DNA from: Fidelibacterota bacterium
GTDB lineage: Bacteria > Fidelibacterota > SORT01
NCBI GenBank assembly: GCA_022573815.1
Contig: JACZTG010000002.1
Location: forward strand, 77,449-141,448
Direction of reading: 5' to 3'
DNA length: 64,000 bases
Of this stretch, positions 49,353 through 56,955 are shown one piece after another (within the stretch, counting starts at the first letter, position 1; every line of letters starts with the position of its first letter). Both the position numbers and the translations under genes were made by a program. Under the pieces are notes generated by a model, which saw only the letters and a program-made list of their open reading frames with translations, was not told where the DNA came from and did no database searches.

Positions 49353-50731
49353 TCTTTCTGGGCGAGACCCTTTTTCTTCATAAGTTTTTCTATATCCTTT
49401 ATCTTACGGGGCACACCTCTGCTCATATTAATATTCCCTTTTTTCGTGATGAGTATGCAATCTTCGATACGAACGCCGATGTTCCACCATTTAGGGTCAA
49501 CAGATTCATCTTCATTTATGTAAACACCGGGCTCAATTGTAAAAACCATTCCCTGTTCCATAACAACCGATTCTCCGTCAACGGTATAGGCGCCCGCATC
49601 GTGAACGTCTAATCCTATCCAATGTCCGAATCCATGTAAGTAAAATTTCTTGTGAGATTTGTCTTCTCTTATCTTTTCTCGACTGCCGGTAAGTAATCCC
49701 ACATTGATAAGTCCGTCTATTACGCTGTTTTCGACTGCGTCTGAAATATCCTGTCGGGTGTTGCCCGGTTTACTCATTTTCATTCCTGCTTGCTGAGCAT
49801 CGTAAACAATTTTATAGATAGCTGCCTGCTCTTTGGAAAATTTACCGCTCACGGGATATGTTCGGGTAACGTCAGCCGAATAATATCCCCACTCGGCAGC
49901 TGCGTCCAACAAGAGCAAATCACCTTTATTCATTTTCATCTCGTTAGTGTTATAATGAAGAATAGTTGCATTTGCTCCGGAGCCTACTATAGAATTATAA
50001 GATACTCTCTGGGAACCATTTTTACGGAAAACGTATTCGATTACAGCTTCAATTTCATATTCGCTCATTCCCGGCTGCGTTGACATCATTGCCTCCCTGT
50101 GCGCTTCGACGGTAATATCAACAGCCTTTTGCAGCAATTCAATTTCCCGTTTGGATTTTACTTTGCGCATCTCGCCCAATATATATTCAGCGTCTTTCAT
50201 AACAGCATCCGTGCGTCTTGCGAGCGCTGTGAATTGGTCTGCAACCATCTCCGAAAATTCTTCGTCCGCTCCGTAATTATGGTAAACGGTTTTATGTCCT
50301 TTAAGCAGAGAGGGAAGCATAGCCTCAAAATCATCTATGGCATAAGCGGTGTCTGCATTGAAAACTTCCATAGCTCCTTTTACGCCGTATCTTTTTCCAT
50401 TCCATGTTTCTTTCAGCTTATCGCGCTTTCGGACGAATAGAATGAACTTATGCTTTTCTGCTCCCGGACGAAGCACGGCGATCGACCGAGGCTCTTCAAA
50501 TCCTGTAAGATAAAATAATTTGGAATCCTGACGATAGTCGTGATCCTGATCGTCATTCCGGACATAAACTCCGTGAGAAGCAATTATGGCCACAGCATCA
50601 TCGCCGATCTTATCCATATAAATTTCCCTTTTTTCAGCGAACAGCGATTTATCAGGATAAGGATTATACTGTCCGATGGCGTGAGAGACCGGCAATAAAA
50701 GAAATATCAGTGAGAAAATGAGTTTTGTCAA
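49349..50731 (-). CDS. pepP: Xaa-Pro aminopeptidase (M24B) with signal peptide
   Basis: AMP_N domain plus M24 metal ligands (DAAAEWGYYSADVTRTY, HGFGHWIGLDVHD, EPGVY). Confidence 0.85.
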   Translation of the reverse strand: MTKLIFSLIFLLLPVSHAIGQYNPYPDKSLFAEKREIYMDKIGDDAVAIIASHGVYVRNDDQDHDYRQDSKLFYLTGFEEPRSIAVLRPGAEKHKFILFVRKRDKLKETWNGKRYGVKGAMEVFNADTAYAIDDFEAMLPSLLKGHKTVYHNYGADEEFSEMVADQFTALARRTDAVMKDAEYILGEMRKVKSKREIELLQKAVDITVEAHREAMMSTQPGMSEYEIEAVIEYVFRKNGSQRVSYNSIVGSGANATILHYNTNEMKMNKGDLLLLDAAAEWGYYSADVTRTYPVSGKFSKEQAAIYKIVYDAQQAGMKMSKPGNTRQDISDAVENSVIDGLINVGLLTGSREKIREDKSHKKFYLHGFGHWIGLDVHDAGAYTVDGESVVMEQGMVFTIEPGVYINEDESVDPKWWNIGVRIEDCILITKKGNINMSRGVPRKIKDIEKLMKKKGLAQKD

Positions 50732-50782
50732 AGTGTCAAATCTCCTTCGGTATAATATAGTGTGAAATGAGCGGCAGCTGAT

Positions 50783-51523
50783 TTATTTTACTACGAAAGT
50801 TCTGATTGTATGGTTGAAATTTCCTAATACCGGCTTGCCGTTAGGGTCTATCAGATCAAGTATCAATTTGTGTTTTCCCTTTGAAAGATTTTTAATCTCA
50901 AAAGATTTCCAAAGCTCAAACTCGCCTTCATGACCGTCAAGAGAATATTTTACCTTATAATCGAAGATACCGAGTTGGGCGTTGGAGAGCCAAAAATCAA
51001 GTTTCACGCTTTCCGATTCGCCTAAATCATATGTCCCGGAAGGAACATTCAGAAGAAGCATAGGAGCAGAATTATCAATATGCATATTTCCGACGGCTTC
51101 TTTGACATAAAATTGGACCATATCAAAAGTTCGGGAAGATTTAATGCTCAGATGATTTTCGTCAACAGCAAATGCTCGAATAATATGCGGCCCGTTTGAA
51201 AGATTTTCTAATTTCACGGGTGAGTTTGAATCGGTATGCTCAATCACTTCTCCGTCATCAAGTATAAAATGAAGATGAAACCTGTCTTCTGAAATATCAA
51301 ACCCAGCCGCTGAAAAATAAACTTCGACATCATCTTCAACAACTTCTTCCGGTTTAGGAGTAACAATTTTAAACGCTTTGTTCAACGGAGCCGGGTCAAC
51401 TGCGAAAACCTCTATCGTAAATGGGAGACCGTTTCCTCTCTCCTGTTTTTTCTGACAGCCCGAAAGGAGAATTGTGAAAGCAGCGAGCAGAAAAACAGAG
51501 AGTATCGGAAATTGATTCTTCAT
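50783..51523 (-). CDS. hypothetical lipoprotein with two tandem ~90-aa repeat domains
   Basis: Lipobox LSGC. Internal duplication (FHLHFILDDGE...LENLSNGPHII versus YKVKYSLDGHEGEF...IKNLSKGKHKLIL). Confidence 0.4.
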   Translation of the reverse strand: MKNQFPILSVFLLAAFTILLSGCQKKQERGNGLPFTIEVFAVDPAPLNKAFKIVTPKPEEVVEDDVEVYFSAAGFDISEDRFHLHFILDDGEVIEHTDSNSPVKLENLSNGPHIIRAFAVDENHLSIKSSRTFDMVQFYVKEAVGNMHIDNSAPMLLLNVPSGTYDLGESESVKLDFWLSNAQLGIFDYKVKYSLDGHEGEFELWKSFEIKNLSKGKHKLILDLIDPNGKPVLGNFNHTIRTFVVK

Positions 51524-51598
51524 ACCTAAATATATTATTTATTAAACTTAAATGTTACCGAAACATCCATTTTCGAAATATATGTTATTTATCAGGTT

Positions 51599-52324
51599 TC
51601 AAATCGATTTTATGAATTTTTCGTACTTTGACCGATAGGTTTCGATAAGCCCGTGATTGGCAAACGAATAGTAAGAGCCGTCGCTGATGATAATATGGTC
51701 GAGAACCCTCAGTTCCATTAGCTCGCAGGCGTTCAATAGCTCCTGAGTGATTTTCTTGTCGTCCTGGCTCGGTTTTGTGTCGCCGGAAAGATGGTTATGG
51801 GCGAATATGATTGAGACTGCGTTATGATTCAGCGCGTTTTTGATGGTTTCCCGCAGATAAACAACACTTGTATCAACCGTTCCCTCGAAAAGATCCACAA
51901 CTTCAATGATTTTGTTTTTCGCGTCAAGGTACACAGCCTTGAACACTTCCTTGTCAAGTCCTGACATCGAATGCTTCAAATAGTCATAAAGCGCTTCCGG
52001 TGAACTTGTGACAGGCCGTTCGGCTGATTTCTGCTTCAGGTATTCGGAAGCCACATCGTGAATGAATTTCAGTCCGAAAAGATTGTTGGGACCAACGCCT
52101 TTAATAGATTTCATTTCCGTCTCATCGGCGTCTAAGACTCCCCGCAGAGTCTTAAATTTCTTTAAGAGGTTTTTGGCAGGTTCTTTTACATCTTTCCGCG
52201 GTGTTCCGAGAGTAAGGAGTAGCTCGATTATTTCGTACTCGCTGAGCCCGTTCAATCCCGATTTCAGATAACGCTCTTTAAGCCGCTGCCGATGCCCTAA
52301 TCTGTGGTCTGATTTTTTATCCAT
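51599..52324 (-). CDS. radC: RadC-family (JAMM/MPN) protein
   Basis: HhH N-terminus and C-terminal JAMM motif HNHLSGDTKPSQDD. Confidence 0.85.
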   Translation of the reverse strand: MDKKSDHRLGHRQRLKERYLKSGLNGLSEYEIIELLLTLGTPRKDVKEPAKNLLKKFKTLRGVLDADETEMKSIKGVGPNNLFGLKFIHDVASEYLKQKSAERPVTSSPEALYDYLKHSMSGLDKEVFKAVYLDAKNKIIEVVDLFEGTVDTSVVYLRETIKNALNHNAVSIIFAHNHLSGDTKPSQDDKKITQELLNACELMELRVLDHIIISDGSYYSFANHGLIETYRSKYEKFIKSI

Positions 52325-52329
52325 AATAA

Positions 52330-52581
52330 GCGGATAGTAATATTCGCATTAGACACCGCAAAGTCAAGAAATGGCGGCTGGGAGTAGTGTCTTATGTAGA
52401 GAGACAGAACCTTACAATGCGTATGCAGATGCGAAGATTTACAAGGCTGACAAACGCTTTCAGCATCAAACTAATAAATCTGAAAGCTGCGTGTGCCTTA
52501 CATTTTGCTAACTACCACTTCTGTAGGATACATCAGACCTTAAAATGCACTCCCGCTATGGCAGCTGGCATAACTAATTGA
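52330..52581 (+). mobile_element. degenerate C-terminal fragment of an IS-element transposase (pseudogene remnant)
   Basis: The ~84-codon frame ends ...NLTMRMQMRRFTRLTNAFSIKLINLKAACALHFANYHFCRIHQTLKCTPAMAAGIT. This is the conserved C-terminal tail of a widespread IS transposase family (IS1595/IS1-like annotation). There is no catalytic N-terminal part and no intact inverted repeats. Confidence 0.5.
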
Positions 52582-52747
52582 TTGTGGAATATAGAGGATT
52601 TATTACAGCGTGAGTTGGCTTTTTAAAACGCTCACTAAAATTATTTGTGTGAGCGTGGAGCTTAAAATTATGATATATCTAAGCGCTTATGTGAGGTAAT
52701 CTTGGTTTTAAAATTATCGCGCATAATGAGCATAAGTGCATTGATTA

Positions 52748-52900
52748 TTTGAATTTCGTCGTCATATTTTCAACTTCACGTAGGATAAATCCATCATCAT
52801 CTTTTTCAATCACTCTGCATTTAAAATAATATGTCTTGTTTCCAATACTTGTGCAAACGTAAAGTGATTCACCTTCTTTTGCAGTTGCAAATGTCATAAT
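52748..52900 (-). CDS. small hypothetical ORF (50 aa) downstream of mazF-like gene
   Basis: Not in the ORF track (shorter than 60 aa). Translates to MTFATAKEGESLYVCTSIGNKTYYFKCRVIEKDDDGFILREVENMTTKFK. It is on the same strand as, and 35 nt after, the mazF-like stop. The RBS is weak. Confidence 0.2.
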
Positions 52901-52935
52901 AATCTCAAAATTAATTAAGTGGTTTTAGTTCTGCT

Positions 52936-53334
52936 CTACAATATGTCTAAGTGAATACTTATTGCCTCATAGATAATATTCATCTTCTCTGTCGAGAGAT
53001 GCCCAATTCTATGCTTTACTCTGGTTTTTGATACTGTTGTAATATTGTCACAAAGTGCATAACACTCCTCCGTAATCCCGCCCTCTCCTCTACCTATTTT
53101 GATATGAGTGTCTGAACCCTCTAAGCCATCTTTGGTTGTAAAGGGGACTATTGTTACGTTAGGATTATCTTCTTCGTTTGCTACTTCCCACTGAACATTT
53201 ACCGCAGGTCTAAACTTGCCCATCTCGCTTTTAGCTATTGGCAAATTTGCTAAATCTACCCAAACTACTTCCCCCCGTTCAAACAAAGGTTCTTGAAGTG
53301 AGCCCTCTTCGACACTCCCCGATTCTACACTCAA
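52936..53334 (-). CDS. MazF/PemK-family type II toxin (endoribonuclease)
   Basis: GEVVWVDL...GKFRPAVNV...VTIVPFTT PemK/MazF motifs. ATGA overlap with the upstream antitoxin gene. Confidence 0.75.
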   Translation of the reverse strand: MSVESGSVEEGSLQEPLFERGEVVWVDLANLPIAKSEMGKFRPAVNVQWEVANEEDNPNVTIVPFTTKDGLEGSDTHIKIGRGEGGITEECYALCDNITTVSKTRVKHRIGHLSTEKMNIIYEAISIHLDIL

Positions 53335-53600
53335 GGTATGTTCTCAACACTGGCAGTATCCCACGCCTTCCCCTCTTCTTCTAAAATATGACGATTAGCC
53401 TTGTAAGCTGCTCTCATTCTTAGTATTAGTTGTTCTCTTTCTACTACTCTTAATCTCTCTGAAATTGCTTCTCGAGTAAATTGCGCCAGCGATTTATTTT
53501 GATATCTTGTCGCCTGCTCAAGCCTCTCTTTCAAAGAGGTTGTAATAAATATGTTGAGAGGAGCGGAGTTTTTCTCTTCTATGTCAGCTATAGTTTGCAT
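53331..53600 (-). CDS. ribbon-helix-helix (CopG-like) antitoxin
   Basis: The ATG at 53600 is preceded by GGAGGG with a 5-nt spacer. Translates to MQTIADIEEKNSAPLNIFITTSLKERLEQATRYQNKSLAQFTREAISERL, a beta-alpha-alpha RHH pattern. The longer track ORF (to 53636) lacks an RBS. Confidence 0.6.
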   Translation of the reverse strand: MQTIADIEEKNSAPLNIFITTSLKERLEQATRYQNKSLAQFTREAISERLRVVEREQLILRMRAAYKANRHILEEEGKAWDTASVENIP

Positions 53601-53771
53601 GCGTTCCCTCCAAATTAGTGATAATTTCCTTAGCACAGAATAATAACTTATAATGTAATTGTCAACATTTAATTATACTATTATTATATAGTATTGTTCC
53701 TACAATTTATTATAGTACATAATACGTTTAAGAATTAAGTATATTCAAATTGACCCACTACCATATAAAGC

Positions 53772-53820
53772 TTGACAAGTGCGTACCTAACTATTATGTT
53801 AGGTATGTCTAACAAATATG
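53772..53820 (+). promoter_or_regulatory. sigma70-like promoter with overlapping palindromic metalloregulator operators upstream of dtxR-feoAB
   Basis: TTGACA (53772-77), 17 nt spacer, TATGTT (53795-800). Perfect inverted repeat TACCTAAC-N6-GTTAGGTA (53784-53805) spans the -10. A second CTAACA-N3-ATGTTAAG follows. The CTAAC/GTTAG half-sites are DtxR/IdeR-like. Confidence 0.45.
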
Positions 53821-53836
53821 TTAAGGGGCGCTACAA

Positions 53837-54493
53837 GTGGTAACGAATGCGGTAGAAGATTATTTAGCGATAATATATAAGCTACTTTCCGAGGGAGAGC
53901 AGCCCACTACCACGCTAATCGCCGAACAAATGGATGTGTCGAAGGCATCGGTCACAGATATGTTCAAGAAAATGGCGAAGGCTTCACTCATAATCCACGA
54001 GCCGTATAAAATAGTAAAATTGACAAAGTCGGGTGAGCGAATCGCATTAGAAGTGATACGTCATCACCGACTTGTGGAGCTTTATTTGCAGGAAGCGATG
54101 GGTGTCAGCTGGGATAAGGTTCACGACGAGGCTGATAAGTGGGAACATATACTGTCGGAAGACCTTGAGGACAGGATAGTTGAGATGCTCGGAAATCCAA
54201 CACACGATCCGCACGGCGCGCCGATTCCCACTAAAGAGGGTAAAGTTGAAGACGAAAAATTATCTCCGCTGTCGGAAGCGCATGAAGGTGAGAAGTTATT
54301 GGTGCGGTTGGTAGAAGACAGCGACCCGGAAAAACTGCGCTACTTAGCCGACAGAGGAATTTTCCCGAAGACTGTAATTAAAGTTAAGGAAGTGCAGCCT
54401 TTCGAGGGACCATTAACATTGGACGTTAACGGAGATTCACAGATTATCGGGCATGAAGTATCCCGCATAGTTTATGTCTCGCCGATGAGTTGA
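53837..54493 (+). CDS. DtxR/MntR-family metal-dependent transcriptional repressor with C-terminal FeoA/SH3-like domain
   Basis: N-terminal wHTH (EDYLAIIYKL...TTTLIAEQMDVSKASVTDMFKKM). Dimerisation/metal site region HHRLVELYL...HDEADKWEH. C-terminal FeoA-like beta domain. GTG start 8 nt after AAGGGG. Confidence 0.85.
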   Translation: MVTNAVEDYLAIIYKLLSEGEQPTTTLIAEQMDVSKASVTDMFKKMAKASLIIHEPYKIVKLTKSGERIALEVIRHHRLVELYLQEAMGVSWDKVHDEADKWEHILSEDLEDRIVEMLGNPTHDPHGAPIPTKEGKVEDEKLSPLSEAHEGEKLLVRLVEDSDPEKLRYLADRGIFPKTVIKVKEVQPFEGPLTLDVNGDSQIIGHEVSRIVYVSPMS

Positions 54494-54768
54494 GTACGAC
54501 AGCTGACATAAAGCAAGAAATTCATAATGCGGAATTGGTTCCTATGACAGAATTATTGAAGGGGGAGAACGGGGAGGTAGTACAGATTAATACAAAAGGC
54601 TTATTGAGACAGCGATTGATGGAAATGGGATTGACAACCGGGGTAAATGTAAAGTTTCTTCGTAGAGGCGCGTTTGGCGACCCCAAAAGTTATTTGATAC
54701 GGGGAACTATGATCGCTCTGAGAAATGAAGAAGCTGGCAAAATAATTGTACGGAGGATATATGAGTAG
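54490..54768 (+). CDS. feoA: FeoA-family protein
   Basis: LLKGENGEVVQINTKGLLRQRLMEMGLTTGVNVKFLRRGAFGDP is the FeoA SH3-like signature. TTG 54490 or ATG 54544 are possible starts. Confidence 0.8.
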   Translation: MSTTADIKQEIHNAELVPMTELLKGENGEVVQINTKGLLRQRLMEMGLTTGVNVKFLRRGAFGDPKSYLIRGTMIALRNEEAGKIIVRRIYE

Positions 54769-55564
54769 TGTATGTCATTCATGCGGTCCCAGCGGCTGCA
54801 CACCAACGCACAAGCGTAAAAAAATGGGTATAAATGGAGACGGTTACGACTATTTAATTGCGTTGGCGGGAAATCCCAATACAGGGAAAAGTACTCTGTT
54901 TAATGCGCTTACAGGTCTTAAGCAGCACGTCGGCAATTGGGCCGGAAAAACTGTTACCAGGGCTGAGGGAAGTTTCGTTGCAGGCGATAATCTGCTAAAA
55001 CTGATAGACCTGCCCGGCGCGTATTCGCTCCGTTCTACTTCCCCTGAAGAGGAAGTGGCGAGAGATTTTTTACTCTTCGGAGAGCCTGATTGCACGATTG
55101 TAGTTGCTGACGCGACGAATTTGGAGCGAAATCTTAACCTGATTTTACAGGTAATCGAGCTTAGTGACAGAGTTGTTGTTGCTATCAATCTGATGGACGA
55201 AGCGGAAAAAAAGGGCATCAGCATTAAATCGAAAGTATTAGAGCGTAAATTAGGTGTACCTGCTGTTCCTATCGTTGCGCGAAGTGGCGAAGGAATAGAT
55301 AAATTGATGCAGATAGTTCTTATGGTATCTACAGGCGAAATTCAACCTTCGCCAAAACGGTTCAGATTAAACGGGAATTTGAAAAAAGCGGTTGCTTCTC
55401 TGCTTCCGAAAATCAAAGAGACGTATCCTGATTTCCCTAATCCAAGATGGCTCGCTATGGAACTTTTATCAGGAAATGAGAGGTTATCACAGGAACTCGT
55501 CTGGACTAATATTGCGGAGCAAATGCAGATAGAGCAGGGGACGAGGGAAACCGCTACCGCATGA
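54761..55564 (+). CDS. feoB: ferrous iron transport protein B, N-terminal GTPase + GDI-like part (separate ORF)
   Basis: G1 GNPNTGKST, G3 DLPG and G4 NLMD motifs. Preceded by a Cys-rich leader MSSVCHSCGPSGC. GGAGGA RBS before ATG 54761. The stop TGA overlaps the next ATG (ATGA). Confidence 0.75.
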   Translation: MSSVCHSCGPSGCTPTHKRKKMGINGDGYDYLIALAGNPNTGKSTLFNALTGLKQHVGNWAGKTVTRAEGSFVAGDNLLKLIDLPGAYSLRSTSPEEEVARDFLLFGEPDCTIVVADATNLERNLNLILQVIELSDRVVVAINLMDEAEKKGISIKSKVLERKLGVPAVPIVARSGEGIDKLMQIVLMVSTGEIQPSPKRFRLNGNLKKAVASLLPKIKETYPDFPNPRWLAMELLSGNERLSQELVWTNIAEQMQIEQGTRETATA

Positions 55565-56943
55565 CGGCAAAAACCGTAAAACTTTTAGACGATGCTGAAA
55601 AGATACGCGCTGAATCTGATTTCAATTTTTCCGACGAGATTATCGAATCAATATATGAGGAAGCCGAAAAGATAGCGAGTGAAGCTGTCGTTTTCGGCGG
55701 GAAAAAGTCTCGTGATTGGAGCGAGACAATTGACAATATAGTAACCTCTCCCATTACGGGCATTCCTATTATGATGATAGGGTTAGCTACGATATTCTAT
55801 ATCACTATCTGGGGAGCGAATGTCCCCTCACAGATGATAGCAAAAGCATTGTTTTGGTTTGAAGCTATTGCCGCTCAATTCTTTGACTCAATGGGTGCGC
55901 CATGGTGGTTGACAGGATTTATCTGGCATGGTGTTTATCGAGGGCTTGCGTGGGTAATAGCCGTGATGCTGCCTCCTATGATGATATTTTTTCCAATTTT
56001 CACGCTTTTGGAGGATTTCGGCTATCTTCCAAGGGTGGCGTTCAATCTTGATCCGCTATTCAGAAAGGTAGGAGCGCATGGAAAACAGGCATTGACTATG
56101 AGTATGGGATTCGGTTGTAACGCCGCGGGTATTGTTTCAACGAGGATAATTGATTCGCCGAGAGAGCGACTAATTGCTATAATTACAAATAATTTCGTGC
56201 CGTGTAACGGAAGATTCCCAACTCTTATAATGATTTCCATAATCTTTGTTGCTGCCGCATTCCCTCCTGAATACACTGCGCTGATTGCTTCGGCGACAGT
56301 TACCGCTGTCGTGGTGATCGGAGTTATAGTTACTCTCGCTGTTTCATTTTTCTTGTCCAAGACGGTTTTGAAAGGCGAAGCGTCAACATTCGCTCTTGAA
56401 TTGCCTCCTTACCGCAGGCCGAAAATATTGCAGGTACTTTATACATCATTCATAGACAGAACGATTTTCGTACTTTATAGGGCGGTCATTTGGGCTGCGC
56501 CTGCAGGCGCTGTAATATGGTTGCTGGGAAATATTGACTTAAACGGCGAATCCCTGACTTCAATTACTGCAGGCTTTCTTGATCCGTTAGGCAGGATCAT
56601 AGGTCTCGATGGCGTAGTGATGTTGACATATATAATCGCAATTCCGGCAAACGAGATCGTCATACCGACTATGATTATGGCGTATATGAACGAGTCGGCA
56701 ATGCTTGAGCTGGCTACCCTTGACCAGCTAAGAGAATTATTGGTAGTTGACCATGGCTGGACCCTGATAACAGGCGTGAACCTGATGTTGTTTTCTCTTC
56801 TTCATAATCCGTGTTCGACTACGATAGTAACAATTTGGAAAGAAACGAGAAACGTAAAATGGACAATGTTAGCAACGTTTATCCCGTTGTTTTTAGCGTT
56901 CTTAATTACTTTTATCGTTTATCAGGTTTCACTCTTAATATAA
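55561..56943 (+). CDS. feoB: ferrous iron transport protein B, membrane permease part (separate ORF)
   Basis: About 8-10 TM helices carrying the duplicated FeoB 'gate' regions, including conserved Cys-containing helices (GFGCNAAG...). Begins with an ATG overlapping the G-domain ORF stop. Confidence 0.75.
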   Translation: MTAKTVKLLDDAEKIRAESDFNFSDEIIESIYEEAEKIASEAVVFGGKKSRDWSETIDNIVTSPITGIPIMMIGLATIFYITIWGANVPSQMIAKALFWFEAIAAQFFDSMGAPWWLTGFIWHGVYRGLAWVIAVMLPPMMIFFPIFTLLEDFGYLPRVAFNLDPLFRKVGAHGKQALTMSMGFGCNAAGIVSTRIIDSPRERLIAIITNNFVPCNGRFPTLIMISIIFVAAAFPPEYTALIASATVTAVVVIGVIVTLAVSFFLSKTVLKGEASTFALELPPYRRPKILQVLYTSFIDRTIFVLYRAVIWAAPAGAVIWLLGNIDLNGESLTSITAGFLDPLGRIIGLDGVVMLTYIIAIPANEIVIPTMIMAYMNESAMLELATLDQLRELLVVDHGWTLITGVNLMLFSLLHNPCSTTIVTIWKETRNVKWTMLATFIPLFLAFLITFIVYQVSLLI

Positions 56944-56955
56944 TTATTCATCTCA

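Noticed and set aside
52387-52581. The 64-aa ORF as an intact transposase gene
   Set aside because: Only the conserved C-terminal tail is present, extending in frame back to 52330. There is no catalytic domain or terminal repeats, so it is a remnant.
55550-55570. feoB as a frameshifted pseudogene
   Set aside because: The TGA/ATG share an exact ATGA overlap at the domain boundary and both halves look intact. I favour a genuine split, but an assembly indel cannot be excluded from sequence alone.
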